The translations under genes and the position numbers were made by a program. The notes beneath the pieces are model-generated. The model saw nothing but the letters and a program-made list of their open reading frames with translations. It was not told where the DNA came from and did not search any database. Of a stretch of 64,000 nucleotides of DNA, positions 49,454 through 62,780 are shown piece after piece; the stretch's first letter is position 1; each line of letters starts with the position of its first letter. The DNA lies in contig NC_045697.1 of NCBI RefSeq assembly GCF_009834535.1, positions 91,018,001 through 91,082,000 on the forward strand, written 5' to 3'. The stretch comes from Camelus ferus. Taxonomy: Eukaryota.

Positions 49454-51089
49454 GTTAGTATTCCTCTTCCTGCATAGCCTCAACTTTTCTTACTCTTTTC
49501 ATTTGGTTGTAGGCTGAATGCTTCTTTCTAACATATTCCTTGTGTACCATATCTCCGCCAAATACTGGAGTCCCAGAACTGGAAGGGATCTTCAGATGTC
49601 ATGAAGTCATCCTCTGCCTCCCACCAGGTTTCATTCACATGGTTCATTCAGATCATCCATTCCCAGTGATAGGCTAGGCAGAAGCATCCACAGATAATGA
49701 ACAGTCCAACGCTATTTCGATCATTTTATAATCCTTACTATTTGCTATTTGAATTTCTTACATCTTACCCAGTTTTTCTTCTTCTTCTTAAAAGTTACTA
49801 TGGCATTGGAAGAGAGGTGTAGCTGCCCAGGTTTTTGCAGGGAAACTGTGAAGGTGTCCTAGAGTTTAGAATTGCAGAACCCTTAATATTTAGCAGCAGC
49901 CATGATTTGGGGAAAATTACTGCTTTGTATTGGGACATTTAAATAAAAATTTTCATGAAATAGAGGCCTGAATTGAGAGTTCAGTGTTTAGGGGATTCCT
50001 CCAAATTGCTGTTAGAACTGTAAGGAGATTGGCTTGTCTAGTTCTTAAACAAGGAAGTTGCTAACATTTCAAATCTTGCTGGTTTTGCTTAGATTTGGCT
50101 GAATTTCAGTCTTTGGCTTGTTAATTCTTTATGTTGGGTTTCCTCTTATATCTTACTCAGATATATGTATAACTCTCAATAACTCAAGTTTCAGAAAGTG
50201 GAGTTCATTTTGTTTTGTAAATAAACTGCCTTTTTCTGTCTTATCCAGGGTAGACAATTTATCTCATGTCAGTTGGCCAAACTGCTATAGGGTTTCAGTC
50301 ATCTTAGCTTGGGTAAGCTATAGGGAACTGGTTCAGATACTCTATAGAGAACTCTGTTTGTCAAATTCTAGATCCCCATGGCTCAGTTTGAAACTTCAAT
50401 ATTGCACCCTCTTTTTTTCACTTAAATTATAAGCATTTTTCCATGAACTCTTTTGAATAACATTTTTGGTGGTTGCATAACATTCCATGGAGTGTGGTAG
50501 CGTTTCAGGAAGGATGCAACTTGGTGGAGGAGGCTACAGCATACACATAGAGTCAGCTTTGATTATTCCCCAATTAGTAAGGCAGGGCTATATAAAATCT
50601 TACATGGACAGAAAGTTATCCTCAGAGGGTTGAGAGTGGATGTAGTGAATCTCAGCATATTTCCTTTTGCTCTGCACTGATCTGGATGAGGCACGTGGCT
50701 TCAGCTGATACTCTCCATAGTAGGTGTCTGGATCTGGAAGGCTCCACAACCTTTTTACCACCCTTTTGTATCCATGGATGAATTTACACCAACAAACTAT
50801 ACACTTTTGTTGAAGATAATTATTACAACACTGAACTTTCCTGGAAACAAACTGAGCAAGAATAAGTGATGCTCCTGCCTTGGAGGATATGTCAGTTATT
50901 AATTTATTGCCTCAGAGTTATGGGTGAATTTACTCTTCAGTGCCTGCTTTGAGAAAATAGGTATGGGCTTTTAAAATATTTCTCCTAGTGCCATGTTAAG
51001 CTTTGTCAGTGGACAGTGCTTAAGAGATATTGCAGGAGGAAAGAATTTTGCTTCCTAATCTGGCTTGCTCCCTAATCTGGCTTGCTCCC

Positions 51090-51610
51090 TAGATAGGTTC
51101 CTGAAGTACATGTAGCTTCTCCAGAAACTGGCTCCAACCAGCACCTACCATACGTGGTAGCCAGCAATACTCAGAAGCCAGCAACTTACCCTTTCATTTC
51201 TTGTTGGGTGGTTTTGTAGATGTCTCTAATGACACATCTCCCTGTGAACAGCTTTCCCAATACCCTAGAAGGATTTCCAGCAAGTTTGAAAAAACAGATC
51301 TCCAGCATGTTTGGTCAGCATGGCACCAGTGATCTCTGTCATTCACTGAGTCTTGTCTCTGCCCTCTCCAGTGAAGTATGGATTTCAGCTGTTTGGGGAG
51401 AGGCTGGGGTCATTCCTTGGGCACTGTATCTGAGCCTCTGGAGTAGTGGCTGCTCCTTGTTACCATATCCTTTACAGTTCCCTTTACTTCTTAGTGGCCA
51501 GGTTTTTTTACTTCAATTTCCTGAAATAGTTAATAGTTCTTTATATTAAACAATCCTGTTCAAATCAGTACATGTCTTCTTTCTCCTGATTAGACTCAGA
51601 CGAATAAAGA
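51090..51610 (+). mobile_element. ERVL solo LTR, LTR50-like
   Basis: CCCTGTGAACAGCTTTCCC, GTAGTGGCTGCTCCTT, and a TAGTTAATAGTTCTTTATATTAAAC..CCTGTTCAAATC 3' region. Confidence 0.6.
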
Positions 51611-51689
51611 GGAGGAAGCAGAGCAAGAGCCCAGGTGTGTCTGTCTCTACCTTTCTAGCATGATGGAAAGGCCTTTTCTGTCAGTGGTC

Positions 51690-51855
51690 TGTGCCTTGAC
51701 TCTCAGCCTGTGAGCCCCAGATTCCTCACCTATAAAATAGTGTTATTAATAGTACCCGTCTCATAGGGTTCTTATGAGGGTTAAAAAAGATACCACATAG
51801 AAATTATTTGAAACATTGCCTGGCATGTAGTAAGTACTCAATAAATGTTATTTGT
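51690..51855 (+). mobile_element. MIR SINE
   Basis: TTCCTCACCTATAAAATAG...TCATAGGGTTCTTATGAGGGTTAAA...GCCTGGCATGTAGTAAGTACTCAATAAATGTTA. Confidence 0.8.
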
Positions 51856-53469
51856 CCTTATAGCTTAATCTGGATAAATCTGTCATTGAGTTTGATTGGC
51901 AGATCACAAGTACAAACTCAGTTCTTGACAAAAGCATGTACCACAGTTTATTTAACCATTCCCATATGGTAGAGATTTGGTTGTTTTTACTATTTTCCTA
52001 TAATAAACAATGTCATCATGAACATCTTTGTATATAAAACTCATTTATTCTGGGATTTTCTTTATGAGGGAAGATGGACAGTCATCTGTCCTCAGGGAAG
52101 TTCTTCACTAATGGAATTCTGGCCTGACCCATTAAGGGAAGTAGAATTAGAAAGTATAAAATAAATCATGTTGAGAATCTTAGTGACTCTGAGATAGTCT
52201 CAAGAACCTCTTTCTGATTCTGCTCATTAACATGTGACAAAATTTTCTTTTTGAGGAAATAAAATATCTAATACACAGTAAGCCATTTTGTCATAGTTCT
52301 TAAAATGTTTCTTGGTTCTAAGTTAGGCACCTTAGAAGTGCCCATTCTGAGACAGTCAATTAAATTCATCAGTATTTATTAAAATGCCAAATGATTTAGA
52401 AATTAAACAATTTACAGATAGAATTTCAGGAGTGACTTAATACTATGTGATCTTGGGCAATTTATCTTTACCTTTGTGATTCTTAGAGCAATTTTTCTGG
52501 CTTTTCTGAGATGCAATTTCCTCATAAGTAAGATGGAGAAAATAATGCTTATATTAATTAATTCATTTATTCAACAATTATCTATTGATTTTCTTCTATG
52601 TGCCAGATACTCTTCTAGGTGCTTGAGGTACATCAATGAAGAATAGAATCCCTACCCCAAAGTGTCTCATGAAACAGTGCAGATGGTCAGAAAGAGGGGG
52701 ACAGATAATAAATGATTAACATAATGCTTAAGTAAATTAAACAGTATGTTGAAAGATGTTAAATGCAATGAAAAATATAGAGTTGGAAAATAAAGGACAA
52801 AGAGGATCAAATGTGCTTGGAAGGATTGCTTTTTTAAAGGATAGTTAGGGTGGGCCTCATTTCCTACTCATACTCATTCTCATAGGTAACATTTGAGCAA
52901 AGACTTGAAGGAGCTAAGGCAGTTAGCCATGCAGGCATATGGGGAGAATTATTCTAGATCGAAAGGAGAGCAAGTACAAAGTCTGTAAGGTGAGAGCACG
53001 TCAGGCATGTTTGAGAAACAGCCAGCACACTGTTGCTAAAGTGAAGTGAGTGAGAAGGAAAATGGTAGGAGGTGAAGTCAAAGAAGTAACAAGTCCCAGA
53101 TCGTGCTGGATCTTCTAGGCCATTTGTCAGAGCTTTAGTTTTTACTCTGAGTGAAATGGAGAGCCACGAAGGGTGTTGTGCACAGAAATGGACATGATTA
53201 AACTTACATTTTATCAGAATCACTTTGGCTCTTGAATGAGGATAAACTGTAGGGGTTGAGGGTGCTATTGCAACCTTCTCTCCATCCTTTTTCCTTCTAC
53301 AGGGAGGAGACAGCATGACAGCTGAAAACACGGGGCTGTGAGGGGGCTTGGAGAGCCATGCAGAGGCAAGGGGGAGGGGGCTATAGGCTTGTGGGCCAGC
53401 AGTTGAGAGTATTGCAGAGATGGGGTGGTGTGGAGGTGGTAGGCAGAAGAGGTGGCCAGCATGGTGGGA

Positions 53470-55215
53470 GTGGGTTGATTATATTGAGCAAATTAGTAAA
53501 TTAATTGTGCCTGTAAGTGTATATAATGAGGATAATGGAAGCCAAATTTCTCACTGCTGGAGAAGGAATTAATGAGCACAGAAAGGGGAAGGGCTAGAAG
53601 GAACTCTAAAGTGTTGGTCTCTCTCAGTCTCTCTCTCAATATAGATATATCAGTGTATGTGTCCATGAATATACATATACATATCTCCTAGCTCTGTCAA
53701 CTGAGAGGGCTTGGAAGCAGCGGCATCTGAAAAACAATGGGTATAACAAGCACCCAGATATTGGTTTCTAAATACCATCCTGTACTAAAAGAAGACAGGG
53801 TCCTTGGATAAATGGCCAGTGGCTAATTCTAGGGTGGGGGCATACCCTGAAACATCTTCTTGTGTTAGAAAATAGAAACATTCAGTTGATTATAGGGACA
53901 ATTCACAAACACACAGGGGTTCTCACTGACCATATCAGGGACAATCTCAGCATTTAAAAAATAAAATAATGGATTAAAACTCATTGAATAAATTGGAAAT
54001 CCGTGAATCCATAGATTGATGGATGGATAGATAGATAGATAGATAGACAGATAGATAAATGAAAAGGAAGAGCTTGTCTTTCCTGTAGAATATCAACTAA
54101 TAAATGTAGAATGAATAATGTAAATAGACAATTGCCATTTGGCAAGCTTCACAGATATGATTGATTTCAGCTGAAATGGACAATCAGCTAAGGCTGATGG
54201 GTGAAGATTCCATGAGGGACAGAGTATTTTGAAATAATCCAGGAATAGCTCTCCATAAAATATTAATCAATTACAAGGAAAAAATGGTGAATTTAAGCAG
54301 AGAAACCTGGCAGATATCAACATGATCAAGTAACCAAGGTTAACATCACCAATGTTGTATGGATCGATGTTGTGTATCTTTTAACGTGATACACTGAGAA
54401 AAGCATGGCATTGTTTCTGTGAAATTCTTGCCGAGAATTAATGTCCTGAGCCTGATCATGAGGAAACATCAGACATTCCATGTTGGAGGTTGCTATGGTC
54501 TGAATGTTTGCATTCCTCCAAAATTCACATGCTGAAATCCCAATGCCCAATGTGATAGTGTTAGAAGGTGAGACCTTTGGGAGGTTCTTATGTCATAAGG
54601 GTGAAACCCTCATGAATGGGATTAGTGCCTTGTAAGCGAGGCTCCAGAGAGATTTCTTAGCCCCCTTCTACCATATAAGGATACTGCAAGATCGTATGGA
54701 CTGTGAATCATGAATTGGGCCCTCGCTAAAACATGACAATGCTGGTGCCTTAACCTTGGACTTCCCAGCCTTCAGAACTGTGAGAAATAAATGTTTGTTG
54801 TTTTTAATCTACCCAGTTGGTGGTTTTTTGTTACAGCAGCCCAAATGGACTGAGACAGAGGTAATCCTCCAAAATGTTAACATATCCTACAGAGTGTCTA
54901 GTACATGAAAAATGAGGAAAGACTGAAGAATTATTCCAGATCAGAGGATCTAAAGAGTCATAATCGCTAAACATATGTGCTCTTGAGAAGATCCTGGACT
55001 ACAGAGGAAAAAGAGCATTCTTGAAGTAATTAATAAAATGTGAATGAGACTGGATAGTAGTGTTTTAGTCAATGTCAATTTCCTATTTTGAAGAATGGTT
55101 TGCTGATTATATTGGAGAGTGTTCTTGGTTTTGGAAGATACTTACTGTGGGGTGATAGGACTTACTCTTTAAAAAGTTCAGAATATATAGTTAAAATTAT
55201 TTCAAAATAGTTTAA
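53470..55215 (+). mobile_element. Old L1MC/L1MD 3' region containing a GATA-type microsatellite (~54015-54060) and an MLT1A
   Basis: GCCAAATTTCTCACTGCTGGAGAAGGAA, TCCCTAGCTCTGTCAACTGAGAGGGC, CACCCAGATATTGGTTTCTAAATACCAT, ATCATGAGGAAACATCAGACA. Confidence 0.75.
54491..54857 (+). mobile_element. MLT1A-type MaLR solo LTR with perfect 5-bp TSD
   Basis: TGCTATGGTCTGAATGTTTG start and CAGCCCAAATGGACTGAGACA end. GAGGT occurs at 54486-54490 and 54858-54862. Confidence 0.92.
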
Positions 55216-55756
55216 TTTCTATTGGAGGTGAGAGATGATGATGACTTAGACCTGGGAGGTAACAGTGGCATTGGTGGGAAATGGTCAGATTCTAGATATA
55301 ATCTGAAGGTAGAAACAGTAGGGCTTCCTGATGGATTGGACATAGGTTGTGAAAGAAAAACAGTACAAGAATGACTTCAACAGTTTTGGCTTGAGCACCT
55401 GAATTAACGAGATTACTGCCAACTGATATACAAACTATGGACTGGGCAGGGTTTTTGGGGAGAAGATCCGGAGTTCTGCTTTGGATATGTTGAGTTTGAA
55501 TTACTTGCAAGACATCCTAATGAAGGTGTCAAGAAGGCAGTTAGATACCAGAATCTAGAGTTCAAGAAAACATTTAGGCTGGAGATAGAAACTTGGGAAT
55601 TGGCATCAAGGAAATAGTATTTAAAGTCAGTAGGGGATGAAATCACCAAGGGAGGGAATGTGGATTGAATAGAAAAGAGGATATGCTCAGGACTGCTCAA
55701 CAGGGATTTTTCAGCCTCAGTAGACGCACTGAAAATTTCTCAAAAATTTCCAGCCA

Positions 55757-56090
55757 CAGTCGGCCGTCGGCCGTCAGTATTTGAGAGTTCTGCATCCATA
55801 GATTCAACCAACTGCAGCTTGAAAATATTTGGAAAAAAAAAATCTAGAATATTTCAAAAAGCAAACCTTAAATTTGCTGCACACTGGCAGCTATTTACAT
55901 AGCATTTATATTGTACTTAGAACTATTTACCAAGCATTTACATTGTATTAGGTACTATAAGTAGTCTAGAGAAAGTATACAGGAGGATGTACATAGGTTG
56001 TGTGTAAAAAACAGAGCCATTTCATATAAGGTACTTGAGCATCTGCGGATTTTGGTATCCATGGAGGATTGGTATACCAAGGGCCAACTG
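55757..56090. mobile_element. Tigger3/MER7-like non-autonomous DNA transposon
   Basis: CAGTCGGCC...CAACTG|TA termini, TGCATCCATAGATTCAACCAAC, and AGCATTTACATTGTATTAGGTACTATAAGTA. Confidence 0.85.
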
Positions 56091-56169
56091 TATGTAAAAA
56101 TCTATGCCCAAAATACCAACATTCTTTGTCCTCAAAGAGCTAATGGTTTAATACATGAAAATAGGACTA

Positions 56170-56400
56170 ATAACATAAAAAACAGTAATACTATAAACGT
56201 TAACATTTACATTGTATTTACTGTGTGACAGGCACAATGCTAAGCACTTTCTATGGTTTATAAAGCCTTCACCTTATAGGGAGGTAATATCACTTCTATT
56301 TTTCATATGAGGAAGTTGAGTCTTAAAGGATTTAGATAATTTGTTCAAGACCTCACAGCTAGTACACAATGAGGCTGAGGTTCACACCCTTGTGCTCTAC
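56170..56400 (-). mobile_element. MIR SINE
   Basis: TTACTGTGTGACAGGCACAATGCTAAGCACTTT...ATGAGGAAGTTGAG. Confidence 0.7.
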
Positions 56401-57578
56401 CTACACTTCCTTTCATTTTGGTGGCTGCAGTATCCTGCCTAGACTCCTGGACAAGGGCAAAAAGAAGTCTTTGGTGGGGCTGCAGATCCCTCTTGACAGG
56501 CTAAAACAACTAAACTAATCTGTACCGCCCCCATATGCACAATTTATAGCTAAAAGTTTAGAGGATTTGAGAAAATTCCATTCCCCAGAGTGACTGCTCC
56601 TCCCTTAACTGGGGGTGCCACTCTTCTGGGAGGGGTCCTAGAAACTCTGGTAAGATGGAGGGAGGGCTTCTGGGCAATAAACCCAAGTTTCCCAGGACCA
56701 CAGTCCAACAATAGGCAGTGGAGAATATTCCAGGCTCCAAAGAGAATCAACTGCTTCTGGGTTCTGAACACAACCAACGCTGTGTTTTTAAGAGCCTTGC
56801 CTTTCTTGAAATTTCCTTCTTTTGGCTTGCTGTTATTTGCCACTTTTACAAGCTACTGAACCACATCACTGGTGTGAACAGTTTCAAAGCTTACATATTT
56901 CTTCTTGTAATCAGTTTAGTCGATCCTGTAACTATAAAGAGTGAGATGGTAAATCCTGAGTTCCCATTCTGAGTCAGAATTTATGACAAGAACTACGTGC
57001 TTGTGCCCAAACAGAACCATGCATGTATGGTAATATGGCACTTGAAATTTATGTACTTCCTTTTATCCAAGGAACAGCAAGTGCTTCTATAAAATGGATT
57101 AAGAGCCAACTGTCTTCAGCAGGCAATGAGAACAGTTCAAAATAAGACTGCTGAGGGAATCATTTAATTTCTGCAAGGCCGGGGTTCATGCTAAACAGCC
57201 ATGTTTCCCAATGTTTTATGGAAGTGGTTCTAGGAGACCACTGCCATTTCAACCCCTGCTCAGCAGTGATGAGTTTAACTGCATCTTTTTCCACCAGTTG
57301 TGTAATTGAAGACATTCCTGCACTGCTGCTCTTTGATGCTGGTGCTATACAGGACTAGCTCCTAGGATTTGCTGAGGGGATTACCAGCAGAATGGATCCC
57401 AGACATTCCTTTCTACTGATGAGTTAGCTCTTCTCCTTAGTAAGGGCAACTCTATGATTGTCTTTGCTAGCTTTAAGAACTAGTCTTACAAGGCCACTAA
57501 ATTTTACAACCCCACTATAAAATAAAAATGGCTTCTATATATTGTATACTTTAAAATGGCCATGGTGTGGTAGGTCCC

Positions 57579-58114
57579 TGTATCAGTTACCAATGGCTGC
57601 AGCAGGACAAATTACCCAAAATGGAGCACCTTAAAACAACATTTATTATTTCCCATTTTCTGTGGATCAGGAGTCCTGATGCGGCTTGATTGGGTCCTGA
57701 GGTTCAGGGTCTCTCATAAACTCAAGGTGTTGCCTAGGGCTGTGGTCATCTCAAGGCTTGATGAAGGGAGAATTACCTTCACTCATGTGGTTTTTGGCAG
57801 GATTCAGTTCAGTGGGCTGTTGGACTAAGGTCTTAGTTTCTCGCAAGCTCTTAGTTGAAGGTCTCCCTCAGTCCCTGGACACATGAGACTCTCACAGGTG
57901 AGAGGGTTAAGGAGGAGTACCAGCGAAAGAGTGCTAGCAAAAGACATCAGTTTTTTCTAACTTAATCACAGAAGTGACATCCCATCGTCTCTGCCTTATT
58001 CTGTTAGTTAGAAATATGCCCCCAATTCATGCTTATGGGCTGGGGGATTATACGCAGTGTCAAAACCAGGAGGCGAGGATCATTGGGAGCCATTTTAGAA
58101 GGCTGCCTACCACA
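57579..58114 (-). mobile_element. MLT1F-type MaLR solo LTR
   Basis: TGTATCAGTTA start and GGAGCCATTTTAGAAGGCTGCCTACCACA end, with 5-bp flanks GTCCC/GTCCT. Confidence 0.85.
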
Positions 58115-61100
58115 GTCCTTCACATACATTGTCTCACTTTATCCTTATAATAATCCTCCAATGCAGTGCTGGTCCCCCCATTTTATAGAAGGGGCAACAA
58201 GTTCTCAGACTCTTCTACTTGTACCTAGTGACATTGAACTTCATCTTTAGTGACTTATAGTGTTTATTCATTTATGTACTTGTTTCACGAGTAAGAGGAA
58301 TCACAAGATATTAGGTATGCTGCTGTGCTAGGTGCTAGTAAGTTTGTATTCTTGGTAGAACATAGGTGTACACAAGCATTCTAATCGTTCTTAAATGTTC
58401 CTTAAGAGGAGGAACTGTTCATAAAATATGTATGTCATAGTGACTAATTTATTGAGTTATGTCAAAAATAGATATTCATAAGAATTAATCTGTTTAAAAT
58501 TTTTTCAAGTATATAACTGGGAACATTTTTCTGATTTTAGATTGTCTAGAATCCAGTCACTCCATTTCAGAGATGAAACACAGATGAATAGTGGTTATGA
58601 TATGAACGATGCCCCAGAAACTGAAATGGAGGATTTCATTCCAGTCCTATTTTTAGCCCAACCTCCATGGACAAACTACATTGGAAAAGCCGACATGTAA
58701 CTTGAGTTAACTCCACATTAAACGCATGAGTACCCACCCCAAGGCTCATTGCTGTATTGCTGCTGAGATAATGTACAAAAATAATTTTATAAATTGAAAA
58801 ATGCCTATAAACATAAAAGATGAATCTTTAAAATTGTTTGTGCCACTGCTGCTTCCCTAACTCAAGGGAGCCTACAATATGCCAAGCACTGTGCTAAATG
58901 CTACTTAGAATTTTACTCGTTTAATCTTCCTCATTGACTGCTCTGAAAAGCAAGGTCACAGCTGACGTCACTGGTGGTGCAAAAAAGTTTCAGTTCTGTT
59001 TGCTGAGATGGCTCTGGGATCTGCAGGTTCTTGGTGGCCAGAGAGGGAGAGTTCCAAGTGAAACCTTCCTTAGTGACATAGTGAAATCCCAGAGTTTATT
59101 GAAGTGGTATTATGCCCCATCACCATGCCCCACACAGAAACAGATCTGTGCAAATGTGCTTGTCCTTTTTAGAAAGATATAATCCCTTTTGAGATAACAG
59201 AAGATACTCTGGAATTTGAAAGTCAGTGAGAGGAACTACTGGTGTAGAGTATTTCTTGACTAATGGAAAGGCAGAACTTCTTCTGGGGGCTGTCATCAGC
59301 AGACTAGAGACAGTGATGTGGTCATTGCCAATCTATGTGGTTACTCAGAGGCTAAAAGGTAACAACACACCCAGTTTAATAAAACCCAACAGCAGGCATC
59401 TAGAGAATCAATAAACATTGGTTGATGTCCACAGGGAAACTTGGAAGCAAAGTTACTCCAACAGGAAGATCTTTTGCAGACAGTTATTTCTGAACAACAA
59501 TCTAAGATGTGTAAATGCAGAAATAGAAATGACTAATGGCAGGAACCCTGACTTGCTGCCTTGAAGTTATTAGTACGCTGTGATTGCGTTGTAACTTTTT
59601 ATGGTATGGTCAAGAGGTCCCCATAATTCAATACCTCCTTTGCCTACCAATTGCCTCTCTTAGGAAAAAAAAATGCTAAAATATTCTGTAGAACCAGTAC
59701 TCAAAGTAGCAGCCTCTATAGCAACAGAGCAGGTAGGAGGTAGCTGCTGTAGTTTCTATCTTGTACTTTTTTCCTCCAAATATCCAGATTTCTAAGTTTG
59801 AAAAAAACACAAACACCAAAAACCTCATTAGAATTTTGGATTAAAGACAGCTATCTGTCTTGTCTCATTTTTTTAATATGCCAGCTGATAATTGGGCTAT
59901 AGCTGAGTCTAAAAATAGCATACAGTACATTAAAATAATATTCCTTGGCTACATTTCCAAAGTGGTATTCTGGGACTTCTGTGCATTAATCCTGTAACAA
60001 TAACAGGATTTGCGCTTTTAACTCCCCTGGTGGAGCTTTCAAAATCTAGCCTAAAGCAGCTAATGTTGCTGTTTAAATCATCCTCTCACTATCCTTAGGG
60101 AAATGTGGAGATTAAAAAAATGACAACCCAACTGCTCAAATGACCTATACCTTAGAGAATAAGAGAAACAACCTATTTCCTCTCAGGAACTGGGCCGATC
60201 AATATAAATATTTCAAAAGGACCATCATGCAATAAAGGTCTTAGAATTCATATCCTACTTCACAGCACCCTAGTTATTTCCAGTGTCGACATACCAGATT
60301 TCCCACAGGTGAGAGAGACAGTGTGGTCACTGAATAACTGGAATTGAACTGGGTTGCAAGTGTATGAGCTTTTGTGTGTTGTGTGTGTGTATGTGTAGGG
60401 AAGGAAGGGGAAGAAAGCTGTCATTATTGTGTATGTTTCTGGTAAACATGCTTTTTTCTCTACAGAAATTTGGGCATATCCCAGAAATTAGATGCTGTTA
60501 ATCATGTCAGCTAAAAAATGCATATCCTAAAATTTACACACAGCTCTAAATTAAAGCTCTAACTAGCTCTAAGTTGAAGTGGCAGGAGTTTTTCAATGAT
60601 ACCATTAATTGCATTTTATTAATTGAGAAAAAGAGCTTTTGTGTAGCTCTGATTGTGATGGGCTAGATTTAATCAGTGTAGGTACCACTAACAGGCTGGC
60701 ACTGCTTTAGGCCTGCAATGCCTTTGAAATTCTAAAATGGAAAAGGAGGCCAACACACTGAGCAATTATTTCAGAACAGATTGCCCGTTAACATTTCATG
60801 ATATCACCGAAATTCATCGTTTCTGGGACAGAGACTTGCTTTGGCTATGAACATCCAAGAGGTGGCAGCACCCCATGCTCTGTTGGCTGGCTGCATCTCT
60901 TCAGAGCACACCGCAGAGGTCTCATCATTGCGTCACCTGAAAGCCAGTTTGCACGGAGAGGGAGGGGGGAGTGATGGAAGGGAGATATAGCATTTTACAT
61001 CTTGGTTCTTCCAGAGAGTTCAGGAAACAGCTGCACGGATTGTCTTAAATGAATTTGAAAAGGTTTTTCTCTTCTTATTTTTTCCCTGAAATCTTCGACG

Positions 61101-61802
61101 CTATGTGATATCTTTCTATGAAGACCACATGAGTACACTTATGTGTTTCCTTGTTTGTGCTCCCTGAGGGAGGAAGAGTTTCAATTGTCAGGGACCCCCT
61201 GAGACCTCATTTTCAATTGCCTGTACTTGTCTTTATAAACACAGGAAGTTGGGATTAAGACAGCATCATCGACAGTCGTTTTTTGGAGCATGTGTTTGTG
61301 CAAGGCACTTAACAGAGCTTCAAGAATGTGACACTGTTCCCCACTAGAGCACGTCTCTTCTTCCCCCAACTATTCTTGAAGCCCCCTCCTCTATCTCATG
61401 CTAAAAATACTCCACAGAACAAATAGCTGTTGAGACAGTGTGAAAGCCTGCACAAGTAAGTAAGTAGCCTGACAGGCTATGTGTCAAATGCCTGTCATGA
61501 AGGCTTTGGGTGACATGGGTGAGGAAGCATCAGGGCTGGTCTAGACTGGCCAACGTCCAGTATCTTTAGAGCCTGGTCCTCTGCCTGTGTGTTAGTTTGA
61601 GGGCAAGGTTGGGACACACTGATGGAACTTTGCTGGTGGGGTTTAATTGGCAGGATATGGGAGACAGGACTCCTATGGGAAACTAGTCTTCAGGAGGCTA
61701 CAAGGAAGCTGGAACACAGCTCAGTCATGGGAGTTCCTGTACCCACTCTATCTATCATAGGGATTTGGTTTCTATGTCCACCACAACTGCAGGCACCAAC
61801 TT

Positions 61803-62576
61803 TTCTGTTATTGAAGTATAGTTGATTTACAATGTTGTGCTAATTTCTGGTGTGCAGCACAGTGATCCACATATATATATATTCTTTTTTGTTATAGATT
61901 ATTACAAGGTATTTAAGATAGCTCCCTATACTATACAGTAGGATCTTGTTTATCTACTTTATATACATAGTAGTGTGTATCTGTTAATCCCAGACTCCTA
62001 ATAACTCTGTTTATCCATTCCCTAACTTTCCCCTTAGGTAGCCATAAGTTTGTTTTCTATGTCTGTGAGTCTATTTCATAAATAAGTTCATTTGTGTCAT
62101 TTTTTTTAGATTCTACATATAAGTGATATCATGTGATATTTGTCTTTCTCTGCCTGACTTACTTCACTTAGTGTGATAATCTCTAGGTCCAGAAATGTTG
62201 CTGCAAATGGCATTCATTATTTTATTATTTTTGTGGCTAAGTAGTATTCCATTGTATATATATATACACCACATCTTCTTTATCCAGTCATCTGTCAGTG
62301 GACATTTAGGTTGCTTCCATGTCTTGGCTATTGTAAATAGTGCTGCTATGAACATTGGGGTGCATGTATCTTTTTGAATTAGAGTTCCTTTCAGATATAT
62401 GCCCAGGAGTGGGATTTCTGGATTATACAGTTAATCTATTTTTAGGTTTTTTTTAAGGACTCTCCATACTGTTTTCCATAGTGGCTGCCCAAATTACGTT
62501 CCCACCAACAGTGTAGGAAGGTTCCCTTTTCTCCACACCCTCTCCAGCATTTATCGTTTGTGGGCTTTTTAATGAT
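61803..62576 (-). mobile_element. 5'-truncated L1 of an older artiodactyl-type subfamily
   Basis: The ORF2 tail reads [29 protein letters not shown] and the 3' tip is TTATTGAAGTATAGTTGATTTACAATGTTG. TSD TGCAGGCACCAACTT (61788-61802) versus TGCAGCCATCAACTT (62577-62591), two mismatches. Confidence 0.92.
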
Positions 62577-62780
62577 TGCAGCCATCAACTTGGCCTAGCT
62601 TTCAGCTCTGTGCGCCTTTTCAGTAGCTCATTTCTTTAACTTAGTCTCAGCTTTGGCACTCTCATACTCTCTGTCCCATAGTTTTCCTATGTGACATATG
62701 ATCTCTGAATACATCTTTTCAGTTTCTACTCCCACTGATGACTCAAGGACCATGTTCCCTGTATTTCCCATTCAATTGCC

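Larger units (their letters stand above)
52555..55700 (-). mobile_element. L2a split into 52555-53260 and 55222-55700 by a nested L1MC/MD
   Basis: The L2 tip ATTCATTTATTCAACAA...CTATGTGCCAGA is at 52560 and the body runs to TCACTTTGGCT at ~53230. It resumes collinearly as GGTGAGAGATGATG...TTGGATATGTTGAGTTTGA. Confidence 0.8.

Noticed and set aside
57550..58114. Apparent inverted repeats around the MLT1F (TGTGGTAGG versus CCTACCACA; TAAAATGGC versus GCCATTTTA)
   Set aside because: The matches are only 9 bp, are not in collinear order, and lie partly outside the TSD-defined element. They are most likely chance.
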